Under the pieces are notes generated by a model, which saw only the letters and a program-made list of their open reading frames with translations, was not told the origin of the DNA and did not search any database. A stretch of 59,671 bases of DNA, counting the filler. It is 4 parts of 4 records of this genome, joined end to end, with 100 filler letters (N's around TTAATTAATTAA, not from the genome) between each part and the next. Parts side by side here need not be neighbours in the genome. Positions count along the whole stretch, not along the records: positions 1 to 29,459 come from SRR2962707_1570; 3 more parts are not named here. One strand, written 5' to 3'. Shown here one piece after another: positions 1-10,386 of this stretch. Within the stretch, counting starts at the first letter, position 1. Every line of letters starts with the position of its first letter. The position numbers and the translations under genes were made by a program.

Positions 1-2340
1 ACGATGGGCGGCGCGTTCTGGGAATTCGGCCAGCCCGATTGGGACCATACCAAGCTGTTCATGCTGTTTGGCGTGGCGGAAGACCACGACAGCAACCCGA
101 TCAAGATGGGTATCGGCAAGATCAAGGCACGCGGCGCGCGGGTCATTGGGGTGAACCCGATCCGCACCGGATATAACGCCGTGGCCGACGATTGGGTCGG
201 CATTACGCCGGGCACGGACGGGCTGTTTATCCTGTCGATGATCCACTGCCTGATGAAGGCCGGGCGCATTGACCTCGACTATCTCGCGCGGTTCACCGAT
301 GCCCCCGCGCTGGTAAACGGTGACCCCGCATCGCCCGAATTTGGTCTGTTCCTGCGCGACAAGAACGGCAAGCAACAGGTGATCTGCCGCAAGACGCGCA
401 AGCTTACCGCCTTCGACCAACCCGGCGTCCGACCTGATCTGTCAGCCACCCATATTATCGGCGACATCACCCACCGCCCGGTCTTTCACCACATGGCCGA
501 AAAATACCTGACCGACGATTACGCCCCCGAAGCTGTCGCCGACCGCTGCGGTATCCCTGCCCCCCGCATCCGCGCCATTGCAACTGAGATCGCCCGCGTC
601 GCCTTTGACGAGGCATTCGAGCTGGACCACGAATGGACTGATTTCCGCGGCGATGTTCACAAAACCATGACGGGCCGCCCCGTGTCATTCCACGCCATGC
701 GCGGCATCTCGGCCCATGCCAACGGGTTCCAGACCTGCCGCGCCCTGCATACCCTCCAGATCATCCTCGGCACGGTCGAGGTCCCCGGCGGCTTTCGTTT
801 CAAACCACCTTATCCCAAGCCGGCAACCGCACACCCCAAACCCCATTGCGGCGTAACACCCGGTAAACCGCTGGACGGCCCGCATCTGGGGTTCGTCCAA
901 GGGCCCGACGATCTGGCGCTACAAGACGACGGCACCCCGGCGCGCATCGACAAGGCATTCACTTGGGAAAACCCGATGAGCGCCCATGGCCTGATGCATA
1001 TGGTGATCTCGAACGCCCATGCAGGTGATCCCTACAAGATCGACACGCTGTTCATGTACATGGCCAATATGTCGTGGAATTCGTCAATGAACACCGGCGG
1101 CGTGATGAAGATGCTGACCGACAAGGACGCAAACGGCGATTATGTGATCCCGCGCATCATCTATTCCGATGCCTATTCCTCCGAGATGGTTGCCTTTGCC
1201 GACCTGATCCTGCCCGACACCACCTATCTGGAACGCCACGACTGCATCAGCCTGCTGGACCGCCCGATTTGCGAGGCTGACGCCGCCGCCGATGCAATCC
1301 GCTGGCCGGTGGTGGAACCTGACCGCGATGTGCGCGGTTTTCAATCGGTGCTCTGCGATCTTGGTGCGCGGCTTGGCCTGCCCGGCTTTGTCGACGATAC
1401 AGGCGGCCAGAAATACGCGGACTATGCGGACTATATTACAAACCACGAACGCCGCCCCGGCATCGGCCCGTTGGCGGGCTTTCGTGGCGCGGATGGCAGC
1501 AAGGCAGGGCGCGGCGCGCCGAACCCCGATCAACTGAACCGCTATATCCAGAACGGTGGTTTCTTTACACACCACATCCCCGACGGCGCACAGTACTACA
1601 AACCATGGAACAACGCCTATCAAGACTGGGCCGTAGAAACGGGCCTATATGACACGCCCCAACCCTATCTGTTTTCGCTCTACGCTGAACCGATGCGCCG
1701 CTTTCAGCTTGCTGCCGAAGGCCACGGCGACCGTCAGCCCCCGGACCATTTGCGCGACCGTATCAAACACACGATGTCCCCCCTGCCAATCTGGTACGAA
1801 ACCGACCAACAGGGCAACGACGGCTTCACGATCACCGCGCTCACCCAGCGCCCCATGGCGATGTACCACAGCTGGGGCAGCCAGAACGCATGGCTCCGCC
1901 AGATCCACGGTCATAACCCGCTCTACCTGCCGACCAAACTGATGCGCGCCAACGACTTGCAAGACGGCGACTGGGCCCGCGTCACATCCCCCCACGGCGA
2001 AATCACGGTTCCGGTTATGGAAATGGCCGCCCTGAATGAAAACACCGTCTGGACATGGAACGCCATCGGCAAACGCAAGGGCGCTTGGGCGCTGGACGAT
2101 GCTGCCCCCGAAGCAACCAAAGGCTTCCTGCTCAATCACCTGATCCATGAACTCCTCCCCCCCAAGGGCGACGGCCTGCGCTGGTCCAACGCTGACCCGA
2201 TCACAGGCCAGGCCGCTTGGTTCGACCTCAAAGTCAAAATCGAGAAATCCCCCGCCCAGACAGAATCCAAACCAACAACCCCCAAGCAAAAATCACCCGT
2301 CCCTGCCGCACCAAAAAACCTCGCTTGGAAATCCAGATAG
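1..2340 (+). CDS. soeA: Molybdopterin oxidoreductase catalytic subunit, sulfite dehydrogenase SoeA (5' end outside window)
   Basis: DMSO-reductase-family motifs (ADLILPDTTYLER, MYHSWGSQN); upstream of 4Fe-4S and DmsC-like subunits; N-terminal Fe-S region lies before the window edge. Confidence 0.85.
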   Translation, partial: TMGGAFWEFGQPDWDHTKLFMLFGVAEDHDSNPIKMGIGKIKARGARVIGVNPIRTGYNAVADDWVGITPGTDGLFILSMIHCLMKAGRIDLDYLARFTDAPALVNGDPASPEFGLFLRDKNGKQQVICRKTRKLTAFDQPGVRPDLSATHIIGDITHRPVFHHMAEKYLTDDYAPEAVADRCGIPAPRIRAIATEIARVAFDEAFELDHEWTDFRGDVHKTMTGRPVSFHAMRGISAHANGFQTCRALHTLQIILGTVEVPGGFRFKPPYPKPATAHPKPHCGVTPGKPLDGPHLGFVQGPDDLALQDDGTPARIDKAFTWENPMSAHGLMHMVISNAHAGDPYKIDTLFMYMANMSWNSSMNTGGVMKMLTDKDANGDYVIPRIIYSDAYSSEMVAFADLILPDTTYLERHDCISLLDRPICEADAAADAIRWPVVEPDRDVRGFQSVLCDLGARLGLPGFVDDTGGQKYADYADYITNHERRPGIGPLAGFRGADGSKAGRGAPNPDQLNRYIQNGGFFTHHIPDGAQYYKPWNNAYQDWAVETGLYDTPQPYLFSLYAEPMRRFQLAAEGHGDRQPPDHLRDRIKHTMSPLPIWYETDQQGNDGFTITALTQRPMAMYHSWGSQNAWLRQIHGHNPLYLPTKLMRANDLQDGDWARVTSPHGEITVPVMEMAALNENTVWTWNAIGKRKGAWALDDAAPEATKGFLLNHLIHELLPPKGDGLRWSNADPITGQAAWFDLKVKIEKSPAQTESKPTTPKQKSPVPAAPKNLAWKSR

Positions 2341-2390
2341 CCCCTTCTCTGGCTCGAAAATATCCCGGGGGTACGGGGGCTGGCCCCCGC
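2341..2390. repeat. REP-like palindromic intergenic element
   Basis: AAAATATCCCGGGGG followed by hairpin CGGGGGC-TG-GCCCCCG (2374-2389) with no U-tract, inside the soeA-soeB spacer; only one copy seen in the window. Confidence 0.45.
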
Positions 2391-2416
2391 TCCGACACCA
2401 GCAAAGCAAACCACAC

Positions 2417-3163
2417 ATGACCGAACTGCCCAAAGCAACGCAAAAAAAACTCGGCCTCGTGATCGACCTGGATACCTGCGTCGGCTGCCACGCCTGCGTG
2501 ATATCTTGCAAAGGGTGGAACACTGAAAACTATGGCGCGCCGCTGTCGGATCAGGATGCTTACGGCGCGGACCCGTCTGGCACCTTCCTGAACCGCGTGC
2601 ACAGTTACGAAGTCCAGCCTGATACAGGCCCCGCGCAGCTGTTCCACTTTCCCAAATCCTGCCTCCATTGCGAGGATGCGCCCTGCGTCACCGTCTGCCC
2701 CACGGGTGCCAGCTACAAACGCGCCGAGGACGGGATCGTGTTGGTCAACGAATCCGACTGCATCGGTTGCGGGTTGTGTGCATGGGCCTGCCCTTACGGC
2801 GCACGCGAACTGGACCAGGCCGCCGGCGTGATGAAGAAATGCACCCTTTGCGTCGACCGCATCTATAACGATAACCTGCCCGAGGAAGACCGTATTCCAG
2901 CCTGCGTGCGGACCTGCCCGTCGGGCGCGCGGCATTTCGGTGATCTGGGCGACCCCGACAGCGATGTCAGCCAATTGGTTGCCGCGCGCGGCGGCGTTGA
3001 TCTGATGCCCGAACAAGGCACCAAGCCAGTGAACAAGTACCTCCCACCCCGGCCCAAAGATCAAATGCCGGAAATTGATCTGCTTGCCCCCTTTCTCGCC
3101 CCGATAGACCAAGATCCGAAAGGCTTCCTTGGCTGGCTCGACCGTACTTTGGATAGGCTCTGA
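2417..3163 (+). CDS. soeB: 4Fe-4S dicluster subunit SoeB (DmsB/NrfC family)
   Basis: CVGCHACVISC, CLHCEDAPCVTVCP, CIGCGLCAWACP and CTLC motifs; start reassigned to in-frame ATG 2417. Confidence 0.88.
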   Translation: MTELPKATQKKLGLVIDLDTCVGCHACVISCKGWNTENYGAPLSDQDAYGADPSGTFLNRVHSYEVQPDTGPAQLFHFPKSCLHCEDAPCVTVCPTGASYKRAEDGIVLVNESDCIGCGLCAWACPYGARELDQAAGVMKKCTLCVDRIYNDNLPEEDRIPACVRTCPSGARHFGDLGDPDSDVSQLVAARGGVDLMPEQGTKPVNKYLPPRPKDQMPEIDLLAPFLAPIDQDPKGFLGWLDRTLDRL

Positions 3164-4035
3164 TGCACCCCGCACCCTCAGTAATCTTCTTCAGCGTATT
3201 TTCCGGACTTGGGTTCGGCTTGTTGTTCTGGCTGGGGCTGGGCTGGCCCTCTCCTACCGGTGTCGTGGCTTTTGTCTTTTTCGCCATTGCCTATGTGCTG
3301 GCCGTTGGCGGGCTTATTGCGTCCACATTCCATCTGGGCCGCCCCGAACGCGCGCTCAAGGCGTTCAGCCAATTGAAAACCAGCTGGCTCAGCCGCGAGG
3401 CGATTTGCGCAGTGGCGGCTTTGCTGCTGATGGCGGTTTACGGGGCCGGGGCGGTATTTCTTGACCAGCACTGGCGCATCATTGGCATTCTCGGGGGCCT
3501 GCTATCGCTGGGCACCGTTTTCACCACCTCGATGATCTACGCACAGCTCAAAACCGTACCACGGTGGAACATGCCGCTGACGCCATTGAACTTTCTGTCG
3601 CTGTCCGTTGCCGGTGGGGCATTACTTGCGGGACAAGTGACCTGGGCGCTTTGGCTCATCCTGATGGCGGGTGCTGTTCAACTTGCCACGTGGATCATCG
3701 GCGATACACGCTTTGCGGCATCTGGCACCACCCTCGCCACGGCCACCCAGTTGGGTCAGATCGGTCAGGTACGGGCGTTTGAACCCCCGCACACCGGCAC
3801 CAACTATCTGCTGCGCGAATTCGTTTATGTGATCGGGCGCAAACACGCCTTCAAACTGCGGGTTATCGCGCTGCTGCTGACGACCGTACTTCCTGTCATC
3901 CTGCTGCTGGTCCCGTTTTCGCATGCCGCTGGCGGGTTGGCTGTTCTTGCCCATGTGGCAGGTGTTCTGACCGCCCGTTGGCTGTTCTTTGCCCAAGCCG
4001 AACATGTTGTCGGATTGTACTACGGCAAACGTTAA
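3163..4035 (+). CDS. soeC: DmsC/NrfD-like membrane anchor SoeC
   Basis: MHPAPSVIFF start, HLGRPERA and SWLSRE motifs, many TM helices; TGATG coupling with soeB. Confidence 0.85.
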   Translation: MHPAPSVIFFSVFSGLGFGLLFWLGLGWPSPTGVVAFVFFAIAYVLAVGGLIASTFHLGRPERALKAFSQLKTSWLSREAICAVAALLLMAVYGAGAVFLDQHWRIIGILGGLLSLGTVFTTSMIYAQLKTVPRWNMPLTPLNFLSLSVAGGALLAGQVTWALWLILMAGAVQLATWIIGDTRFAASGTTLATATQLGQIGQVRAFEPPHTGTNYLLREFVYVIGRKHAFKLRVIALLLTTVLPVILLLVPFSHAAGGLAVLAHVAGVLTARWLFFAQAEHVVGLYYGKR

Positions 4036-4039
4036 AATA

Positions 4040-4071
4040 GCGGCGCAGGGTGACCTCTCACCCTACGCCGC
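4040..4071. terminator. Hairpin between convergent soeC and dapA (probable terminator)
   Basis: GCGGCGCAGGGTGA-CCTC-TCACCCTACGCCGC, a 14-bp stem with one mismatch; TATTTT follows on the minus strand. Confidence 0.6.
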
Positions 4072-4091
4072 CATCAAAAAATGTGCGTGAT

Positions 4092-4967
4092 TTAGTTCAG
4101 CAAACCAGCGTGACGCAGACCGGCATTTACCAATGCCTTGGTCCCGTCCGTCAAGGGCACCAGCGGCAAACGTACCTCATCGGAACACAGACCAAGCTGG
4201 GACATCGCGTATTTCACGCCAACCAAACCCGGCTCGGTAAAGATCGCCTTGTGCAGGGGCATCAGCTTGTCCTGAATGGCCAGTGCAGCCGCATAATCAC
4301 CGGCAAGGCAATGCGCTTGCATCTGGCTTAGCAGCTTGGGCGCGACATTCGCAGTCACCGAAATACATCCAACGCCGCCTTGGGCATTAAACCCGTGTGC
4401 TGTGGCATCTTCGCCGGACAACTGGGTGAAGTCCGGCCCGCACAGCATCCGCTGGTCGCAGACCCGCGCCAGATCACCGGTTGCATCCTTGACACCTACG
4501 ATGCGCGGCAACTTGGCCAGCTCGGCCATGGTGGCGGGCATCATATCCACAACGGAACGGCCGGGGATGTTATAGATGATAATCGGCAAACCACAGGCTT
4601 CGTGGATCGCAGTGAAATGCGCGATCAACCCTGCTTGGGTCGGCTTGTTATAGTATGGCGTCACAACCAGCACCGCATCGGCACCGACGCTTTCGGCGTG
4701 TTGGGCCAAACGAATGCTTTCGATCGTGTTGTTCGATCCCGCCCCTGCGACAACAGGGATGCGCCCGGCAGCGGCCTTAACCACTTCGGCGACAACGGTT
4801 TCATGTTCGGCATGGGTCAGCGTGGGCGATTCACCGGTGGTCCCAACGGGAACCAGCCCGTTCGATCCTTCGGCGATGTGCCACTCAACCAGTTTCTTGA
4901 GCGTGTCCAAATCCAGCGCGCCGTTCATAAACGGCGTGACGAGTGCAGGCAGAGAACCTTGTAACAT
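4092..4967 (-). CDS. dapA: 4-hydroxy-tetrahydrodipicolinate synthase
   Basis: GTTGES, PYYNKP, YNIPGRS and GVKDATG motifs; AAGGAG RBS before ATG 4967. Confidence 0.95.
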   Translation of the reverse strand: MLQGSLPALVTPFMNGALDLDTLKKLVEWHIAEGSNGLVPVGTTGESPTLTHAEHETVVAEVVKAAAGRIPVVAGAGSNNTIESIRLAQHAESVGADAVLVVTPYYNKPTQAGLIAHFTAIHEACGLPIIIYNIPGRSVVDMMPATMAELAKLPRIVGVKDATGDLARVCDQRMLCGPDFTQLSGEDATAHGFNAQGGVGCISVTANVAPKLLSQMQAHCLAGDYAAALAIQDKLMPLHKAIFTEPGLVGVKYAMSQLGLCSDEVRLPLVPLTDGTKALVNAGLRHAGLLN

Positions 4968-5087
4968 ATGCACGCTCCTTTTCTTGCGTTGCTGGGCAGG
5001 CGCCCGATTGCTGATTGGCGGCAACGTGAGTTGAAACCCACCCGCCTTACAGTATGTTGCAAGGCTGTAGCCTTTGATCACTAGGAA

Positions 5088-7061
5088 ATGCAAGAGATGA
5101 CACGCGCCGCTCTGACGCTGATACTGCTATTCGCCCTTGCTTTGCCTGCACAGGCTGAACGCCCGCGCCCCTTGGGTTGGGCAATGGATGCAGTACGCGC
5201 GGGCAATTGGGACAATGCAAAACGGATCGCCCAGCGTGATGGCACCGTGGCCCAAGATGTCGTCGAATGGCACCGCCTGCGCGCAGGGCTGGGGACCTAT
5301 GACGATGTAATGGCATTTCTACAACGCCGCCCAGACTGGCCCGGAGAACCCTATCTGCGCATGAAATCTGAAGACGCCGTGGTCGCCCATGGTGACGCGG
5401 CTGTGCTGGAGTTCTTTGAGGGAAGGCCCCCACAAACGCCCATCGGGGTGCTTGGGTATGCAACCGTCCTCAAGAACGCGGGGCGTTCCGGCGAAGCCAA
5501 CGCGCGGCTGGTTCTGGCGTGGCGCACAATGCCGATGGATGCCGTATCGCAGGCCCTGTTTATGACCGCCCACGACCGTTTGCTAAAGCCTCATCACGCC
5601 GCCCGTCTGGATGAAATGTTGTGGCAAGGCGATCACGCCGGGGCCAGACAGATGTTCAATCTGGTCGGCGACGCGGACAAGGCGCTGGCTGAAACGCGCA
5701 TTGCCCTGCAAAACCGCAAGAGCGACGTGAATGAATTGATCAATGCCCTGCCTGCCAGTATGGGCGGCGATGCGGGTCTGCAAAAAGACCGGTTTGAATG
5801 GCGTATCCGCAAAGGGTTCGAAGACAGCGCCAAGGATTTGCTGCTGTCCCAATCCATCAGCGCAGACGCCCTTGGGCAGCCAGAGGCGTGGGCCAACCGT
5901 CGCCGTGCGCTGGCACGCGATGAAATGCGCAATGGCAACCCAAAACGCGCCTACCAAATGGCATCGCAACATTTTCTTGAGGGCGGATCGAATTTTGCCG
6001 ATCTCGAATGGCTGTCTGGTTATATCGCGCTGCGGTTCCTCAAGGATCCAAAGCGCGCCCTGACCCATTTCAAGGCCCATGACGGTGCTGTCGAATCCCC
6101 GATCAGCCAAGGGCGCGCAGGCTATTGGCAGGGCCGCGCCTTGCAGGCCATGGGTGATGCGGAAGGTGCCGCCAAGGCCTATGCCCAAGGGGCGAAATTC
6201 CAGTCGTCCTTCTATGGGCTTTTGGCCGCTGAACGCGGCGGGCTGCCCTTTGATCAGACATTGGCAGGGGAACAGCCAACACAGGATTGGCGCAGCTCCG
6301 CATTGGCCCGCGCCCCGTTGTTTCAGGCAGGAATGTTGCTGCAAGCCTCGGGAGAGCTGAGCGTGGCAGAGCGGTTCTGGACCCATCTGGCAGAGCAGTT
6401 GATCGAAGATGACGCCGCCATGCTGGGTCAGGCGGCAATTGATATGAAACAGCCACATCTGGCAGTGATGATCGGCAAGCGGGTTGCGCAGCGCGGCATT
6501 ACCATCGCCGCGCCCTATTACCCGCTGCATCCTGCAATCAAGCTGGACCTGAACATGGCCCCCGAAATGGTGCTGGCAATCGCCCGACGCGAAAGCGAAT
6601 TTGACCCCGTCGTGCGCAGCCATGTTGGCGCGCGTGGTTTGATGCAATTGATGCCGGGTACAGCCGACGATGTGGCGCGTGATCTGGGGATCAGCGATTT
6701 GCATACAACGGATCGGCTGACCGCCGACCCCGATTACAACGCACGGCTGGGGTCGGAATACCTGTCGCAAATGGCCGGGCGGTTTAACGGCAATGTCGTT
6801 ATGGTGTCAGCCGCCTATAACGCCGGCCCCACACGCCCCGCCCGCTGGATGGACAGTTATGGCGACCCGCGTGAAGGCGACATTGATATCGTCGACTGGA
6901 TCGAGATGATCCCGTTCCGCGAAACCCAGAACTATGTCATGCGGGTCACCGAAAGCCTGCCGGTCTATCGTGCGCGGCTTGGCAAAAACCCCTTGCCGCG
7001 CCCCTTTACCGAAGAACTGATCGGATCAACGCTGCTGTCTTTCACGCCAAAAGGTGAATAG
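5088..7061 (+). CDS. slt: Soluble lytic transglycosylase (Slt70-like)
   Basis: Signal peptide; [25 protein letters not shown] and ETQNYV motifs. Confidence 0.9.
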   Translation: MQEMTRAALTLILLFALALPAQAERPRPLGWAMDAVRAGNWDNAKRIAQRDGTVAQDVVEWHRLRAGLGTYDDVMAFLQRRPDWPGEPYLRMKSEDAVVAHGDAAVLEFFEGRPPQTPIGVLGYATVLKNAGRSGEANARLVLAWRTMPMDAVSQALFMTAHDRLLKPHHAARLDEMLWQGDHAGARQMFNLVGDADKALAETRIALQNRKSDVNELINALPASMGGDAGLQKDRFEWRIRKGFEDSAKDLLLSQSISADALGQPEAWANRRRALARDEMRNGNPKRAYQMASQHFLEGGSNFADLEWLSGYIALRFLKDPKRALTHFKAHDGAVESPISQGRAGYWQGRALQAMGDAEGAAKAYAQGAKFQSSFYGLLAAERGGLPFDQTLAGEQPTQDWRSSALARAPLFQAGMLLQASGELSVAERFWTHLAEQLIEDDAAMLGQAAIDMKQPHLAVMIGKRVAQRGITIAAPYYPLHPAIKLDLNMAPEMVLAIARRESEFDPVVRSHVGARGLMQLMPGTADDVARDLGISDLHTTDRLTADPDYNARLGSEYLSQMAGRFNGNVVMVSAAYNAGPTRPARWMDSYGDPREGDIDIVDWIEMIPFRETQNYVMRVTESLPVYRARLGKNPLPRPFTEELIGSTLLSFTPKGE

Positions 7062-7925
7062 GCCAGCGGCGACGATCAAGGCCGCACCTATAGCGACGTT
7101 GGCGCGCACATCTTCGCCAAAAATGCTGATGCCGATGATGCTGGCAAATACCAGTTGCAGATAGGCAAAGGGCTGGACCGCGCTGGCCGCCGCGACCTCG
7201 TAACAACGGATGAGCAGCCAATGGCCCGTGACGCCGGTGATGCACAGGCAGCCCATGAATATCCAGTCGGTTGCGATCATCGGTTCCCAGAACCAGATCC
7301 CCGCCGCTGTCATCGCAACTGATCCCGTAACCCCGGTCCAGAAAAAGCTGGTTGCGGTTTTGTCTTTGCGGCCCACATAGCGGGTCAACAAACCATAGAC
7401 GGCGAACATGGCCGCCGCGACCAGCGGGATGATAGCCGCAGGATTAAAGACATTCATGCCCGGTTGCAGAATGATCAAAACCCCGATGAACCCGACACCA
7501 ATCGCAGACCAACGCCGCCAGCCAACGCTTTCGCCCAAGACGGGGCCAGACAGCGCGGCCACCAGCAAGGGGTAACAGGTAAAGACCGCATGGCTTTCCA
7601 CCAACCCAAGGATGGTGAATGCGACGATCATCACGCAAATCTCGGCTGCCAACAGCAGCCCGCGAATGGCTTGCAAGACGGGTTGGCTGGTCTTGGCCGC
7701 AGCCCGCAGGCCGCCAGCGTTGCGTTTGGCAATCGCGATCACAAAGGCGGCAAAGAACCAATAGCGGATCATGACAACCATCAGCACGTTATATTCAGAC
7801 GCCAAATGCCGGGACAGCCCGTCTTGAACTGCAAAGACAAAGGTCGTCAGCACCATCAAGGTGATGCCCAGCGGAATGTTGTTTGACTGGGCCAATGCTG
7901 CCGCTTTGTTGGTCGCGCGGCTCAT
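7026..7925 (-). CDS. DMT/EamA family transporter
   Basis: About 10 TM helices, LGESVGWRRW motif; GTGA-type 4-nt overlap with upstream mnmD. Confidence 0.85.
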   Translation of the reverse strand: MSRATNKAAALAQSNNIPLGITLMVLTTFVFAVQDGLSRHLASEYNVLMVVMIRYWFFAAFVIAIAKRNAGGLRAAAKTSQPVLQAIRGLLLAAEICVMIVAFTILGLVESHAVFTCYPLLVAALSGPVLGESVGWRRWSAIGVGFIGVLIILQPGMNVFNPAAIIPLVAAAMFAVYGLLTRYVGRKDKTATSFFWTGVTGSVAMTAAGIWFWEPMIATDWIFMGCLCITGVTGHWLLIRCYEVAAASAVQPFAYLQLVFASIIGISIFGEDVRANVAIGAALIVAAGLFTFWRERQQR

Positions 7926-8593
7926 GTGCGCACCGCCTGTGTCATGTGACGTTTACGGCCATAACCTTGGGTACGCTGCACTGCGAAACCCGCCGTTTCC
8001 AGCGCCCGCCTGACCGCACCTGCCGCCGTATAGGTCGCCACAGTGCCGAACGGCCCTGTGTGCCGGTATATATCGCTTAGCAAGTCAGGCTCCCACAGTT
8101 CGGGGTTTTTGGCGGGCGAAAACCCATCAAGAAACCACGCATCGGCCAAGCCCTGCCAGCGCGGCACAGTCTGGCGCGCGTCACCGATGATCACATTCAC
8201 CTCAAGCCCCGGAAATGACATTTCACCACCTTCGGGTGCCCAAGCGTTCAGCAAGACGTCGCGCTTGCCATCAAAATCGGGAAAGGTCTGGTGCGCCTGC
8301 GCCATGTCTTCGCGCGACATCGGATAGGCCTCGAACGAGGTGAAATTCAGCGTGCCACGCTGACCCGACTGTACCCACGCATCCCAGACCACCAACAAAT
8401 TAAGGCCCGTGCCGAACCCCAATTCGCCCACGCGAAACCCGTCACGAAACCGGCGAGGCAGATCATTACCTTGCAAAAATACATGGCGGGTTTCAGCGAC
8501 ACCGTCATCAAGGCTGAAATAGGGATCATCGAATTTGGTCGACACGGGAACGCCGCTTTCTTTCCATTCGATATCAGCTGTCTGGTTCTCCAT
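7922..8593 (-). CDS. mnmD: tRNA mnm5s2U34 methyltransferase MnmD (MnmC methyltransferase domain, standalone)
   Basis: FDDPYFS, ELGFGTGLN, WFLDGFSPAKNPELW and GYGRKRHM motifs. Confidence 0.9.
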   Translation of the reverse strand: MENQTADIEWKESGVPVSTKFDDPYFSLDDGVAETRHVFLQGNDLPRRFRDGFRVGELGFGTGLNLLVVWDAWVQSGQRGTLNFTSFEAYPMSREDMAQAHQTFPDFDGKRDVLLNAWAPEGGEMSFPGLEVNVIIGDARQTVPRWQGLADAWFLDGFSPAKNPELWEPDLLSDIYRHTGPFGTVATYTAAGAVRRALETAGFAVQRTQGYGRKRHMTQAVRT

Positions 8594-8654
8594 GGGGCGG
8601 CCTTGTGTTATCGGGACTTTTGAAAACACTGAGCAAAAAGGGCAAGGATTAGCA

Positions 8655-9686
8655 ATGGTCGAAATCACGATACGGGGCGCAGGGATTTTTGGCCTGTCGG
8701 TGGCTTGGGCCTGCGTCGCGCGTGGTGCGACCGTTCAAATCATCGACCCGTTTGGCGCGGCATCCGGTGCCAGCGGCGGAATCGTCGGTGCGCTGGCCCC
8801 GCATGTGCCCGAAAAATGGAGCGCAAAGAAAGCGTTTCAACTGGACAGCCTTTTGATGGCCGAAACCTTCTGGCGCGAGATCGAGACGACAGGTGGTGCC
8901 CATTCAGGCTATGCGCGCAAGGGGCGCTTGCAGCCGATCATGAACGCCCGTGGTGTTGAACTGGCGCAGCGCCGCGCCGAAGCAGCGCAAGATTACTGGC
9001 ACGACAACGCTGTTTGGCAAGTCGTTCAGGCCAAGGGTGCAGATTGGGAACCCGCAAGCCCGACGGGTTGGTTGATCTATGACAGCCTAAGCGCGCTGAT
9101 ACACCCCCGCCAGGCCTGTACCGCATTGGTGACCGCCTTGCAGGCAAAGGGCGTCGCGGTTCAGACCGAAGGCGACGATCAGGGGCAGGTTTTATGGGCG
9201 ACGGGCGTGGCAGGGTTGCAAGAGATGTCAGCCACATATGACCGCGTTGTCGGTGCTGGCGAAAAGGGGCAAGCCGCGTTGCTGGCCCATGACGCGCGCG
9301 GATTGCCGCAACTGTTTGCCGATGGCGTGCACGTCATTCCGCACAGCGATGGCACCGTCGCCGTTGGATCAACGACTGAACGGTATTTCGACGCCCCCGA
9401 TCAAACCGATGCGCTGTTGGATGACGTTATCACACGTGCCCGCGCTGCTGTGCCCGCTTTGGCAAATGCTCCGGTCATCGACCGCTGGGCCGGATTGCGC
9501 CCGCGCAGTCACAGCCGCGCACCGATGCTGGGTGCTTGGCCCGACAAGCCCGGACATTTCATCGCCAACGGTGGTTTCAAGATCGGTTTCGGCATGGCCC
9601 CAAAGATCGCCGACGTCATGGCCGACCTGTTGCTTGACGGGCGCGACACGATACCCGACGGGTTTCGGGTATCAGACAACCTTTAG
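8655..9686 (+). CDS. FAD-dependent oxidoreductase (DAO/glycine oxidase family; resembles MnmC oxidase domain)
   Basis: N-terminal GAGIFG dinucleotide-binding motif, GASG, WAGLRP; divergent from mnmD. Confidence 0.8.
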   Translation: MVEITIRGAGIFGLSVAWACVARGATVQIIDPFGAASGASGGIVGALAPHVPEKWSAKKAFQLDSLLMAETFWREIETTGGAHSGYARKGRLQPIMNARGVELAQRRAEAAQDYWHDNAVWQVVQAKGADWEPASPTGWLIYDSLSALIHPRQACTALVTALQAKGVAVQTEGDDQGQVLWATGVAGLQEMSATYDRVVGAGEKGQAALLAHDARGLPQLFADGVHVIPHSDGTVAVGSTTERYFDAPDQTDALLDDVITRARAAVPALANAPVIDRWAGLRPRSHSRAPMLGAWPDKPGHFIANGGFKIGFGMAPKIADVMADLLLDGRDTIPDGFRVSDNL

Positions 9687-9732
9687 GCACCGACCCGCGG
9701 CCTGCTTAAGGCCAGTTAGTGTGCCCGATACT

Positions 9733-10275
9733 CTAGCGGTCGGTTTCAGCGCGCAGCGATGCCATCAATTGCGTGAGCTCTCTTACATAGATTTCGCCCG
9801 TCAAACGCCCGTTCTCATCAAACGCGTTAGAGCTGTTGGCCAAATGAATTTCCGGCCCCTGCAAAATGCGCGTACGAAACGGGACCATGAAACTGCGCAA
9901 AATCAGCTGCGCGCGTTCGCCCCCCGCACGACCCGCCGCAGCGGACATAACCGCCAATGGCTTACCGGCCCAGGGATTACCTTCTACGCGGCTGATCCAG
10001 TCGAGCGCGTTTTTCAAAACGCCGGACGGGCCTTTGTTATATTCGACGGTCGAAATCAGGATCGCATCAGCGCCGGCAATTTGATCTGCGGCTTTTTGCA
10101 CCAAAGCCGGCACACCTGTCGCCGCTTGCTCGTCAGCATCAAACAGCGGAAACCGAATGTCCGCCTCGACATAGTCGCAGGGACCAAACAGTCGGGCAGC
10201 CTCGGCCAAGAGCATCGAATTTGTCGATCCTTTACGCAGCGATCCAGAAAATCCGACAAGTTTCAAATTGGCCAT
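9733..10275 (-). CDS. NADPH-dependent FMN reductase
   Basis: SGSLRKGSTN and EYNKGPSGVLKNALDW motifs. Confidence 0.88.
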   Translation of the reverse strand: MANLKLVGFSGSLRKGSTNSMLLAEAARLFGPCDYVEADIRFPLFDADEQAATGVPALVQKAADQIAGADAILISTVEYNKGPSGVLKNALDWISRVEGNPWAGKPLAVMSAAAGRAGGERAQLILRSFMVPFRTRILQGPEIHLANSSNAFDENGRLTGEIYVRELTQLMASLRAETDR

Positions 10276-10335
10276 TCCAGCAATCCTTTTTCAAAAACAT
10301 TGGATTACAAAATGTTCTAATGGCCCGAAAAAGCA

Positions 10336-10363
10336 AGAGGCCCCGGTGGTTACCGAGGCCTCT
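10336..10363 (-). terminator. Intrinsic terminator of the ompA-family gene
   Basis: Minus strand reads AGAGGCCTCGGT-AACC-ACCGGGGCCTCT then TGCTTTTT. Confidence 0.7.
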
Positions 10364-10386
10364 GTTCATGTAATCTTAGAACGGTC

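Noticed and set aside
5583..6770. Long antisense ORFs (e.g. 5583-6770, 17565-18707, 35226-36449, 38013-39254, 39437-40555)
   Set aside because: Shadow frames of high-GC genes on the opposite strand; no motifs or RBS
7026..7061. 36-nt convergent overlap of slt and the DMT gene as an antisense control
   Set aside because: Short 3' overlaps are common in compact alphaproteobacterial genomes; nothing else supports regulation
9238..10320. 360-aa plus-strand ORF spanning the oxidoreductase end and the FMN reductase
   Set aside because: Out-of-frame and antisense overlap with two well-supported genes; no recognisable domain
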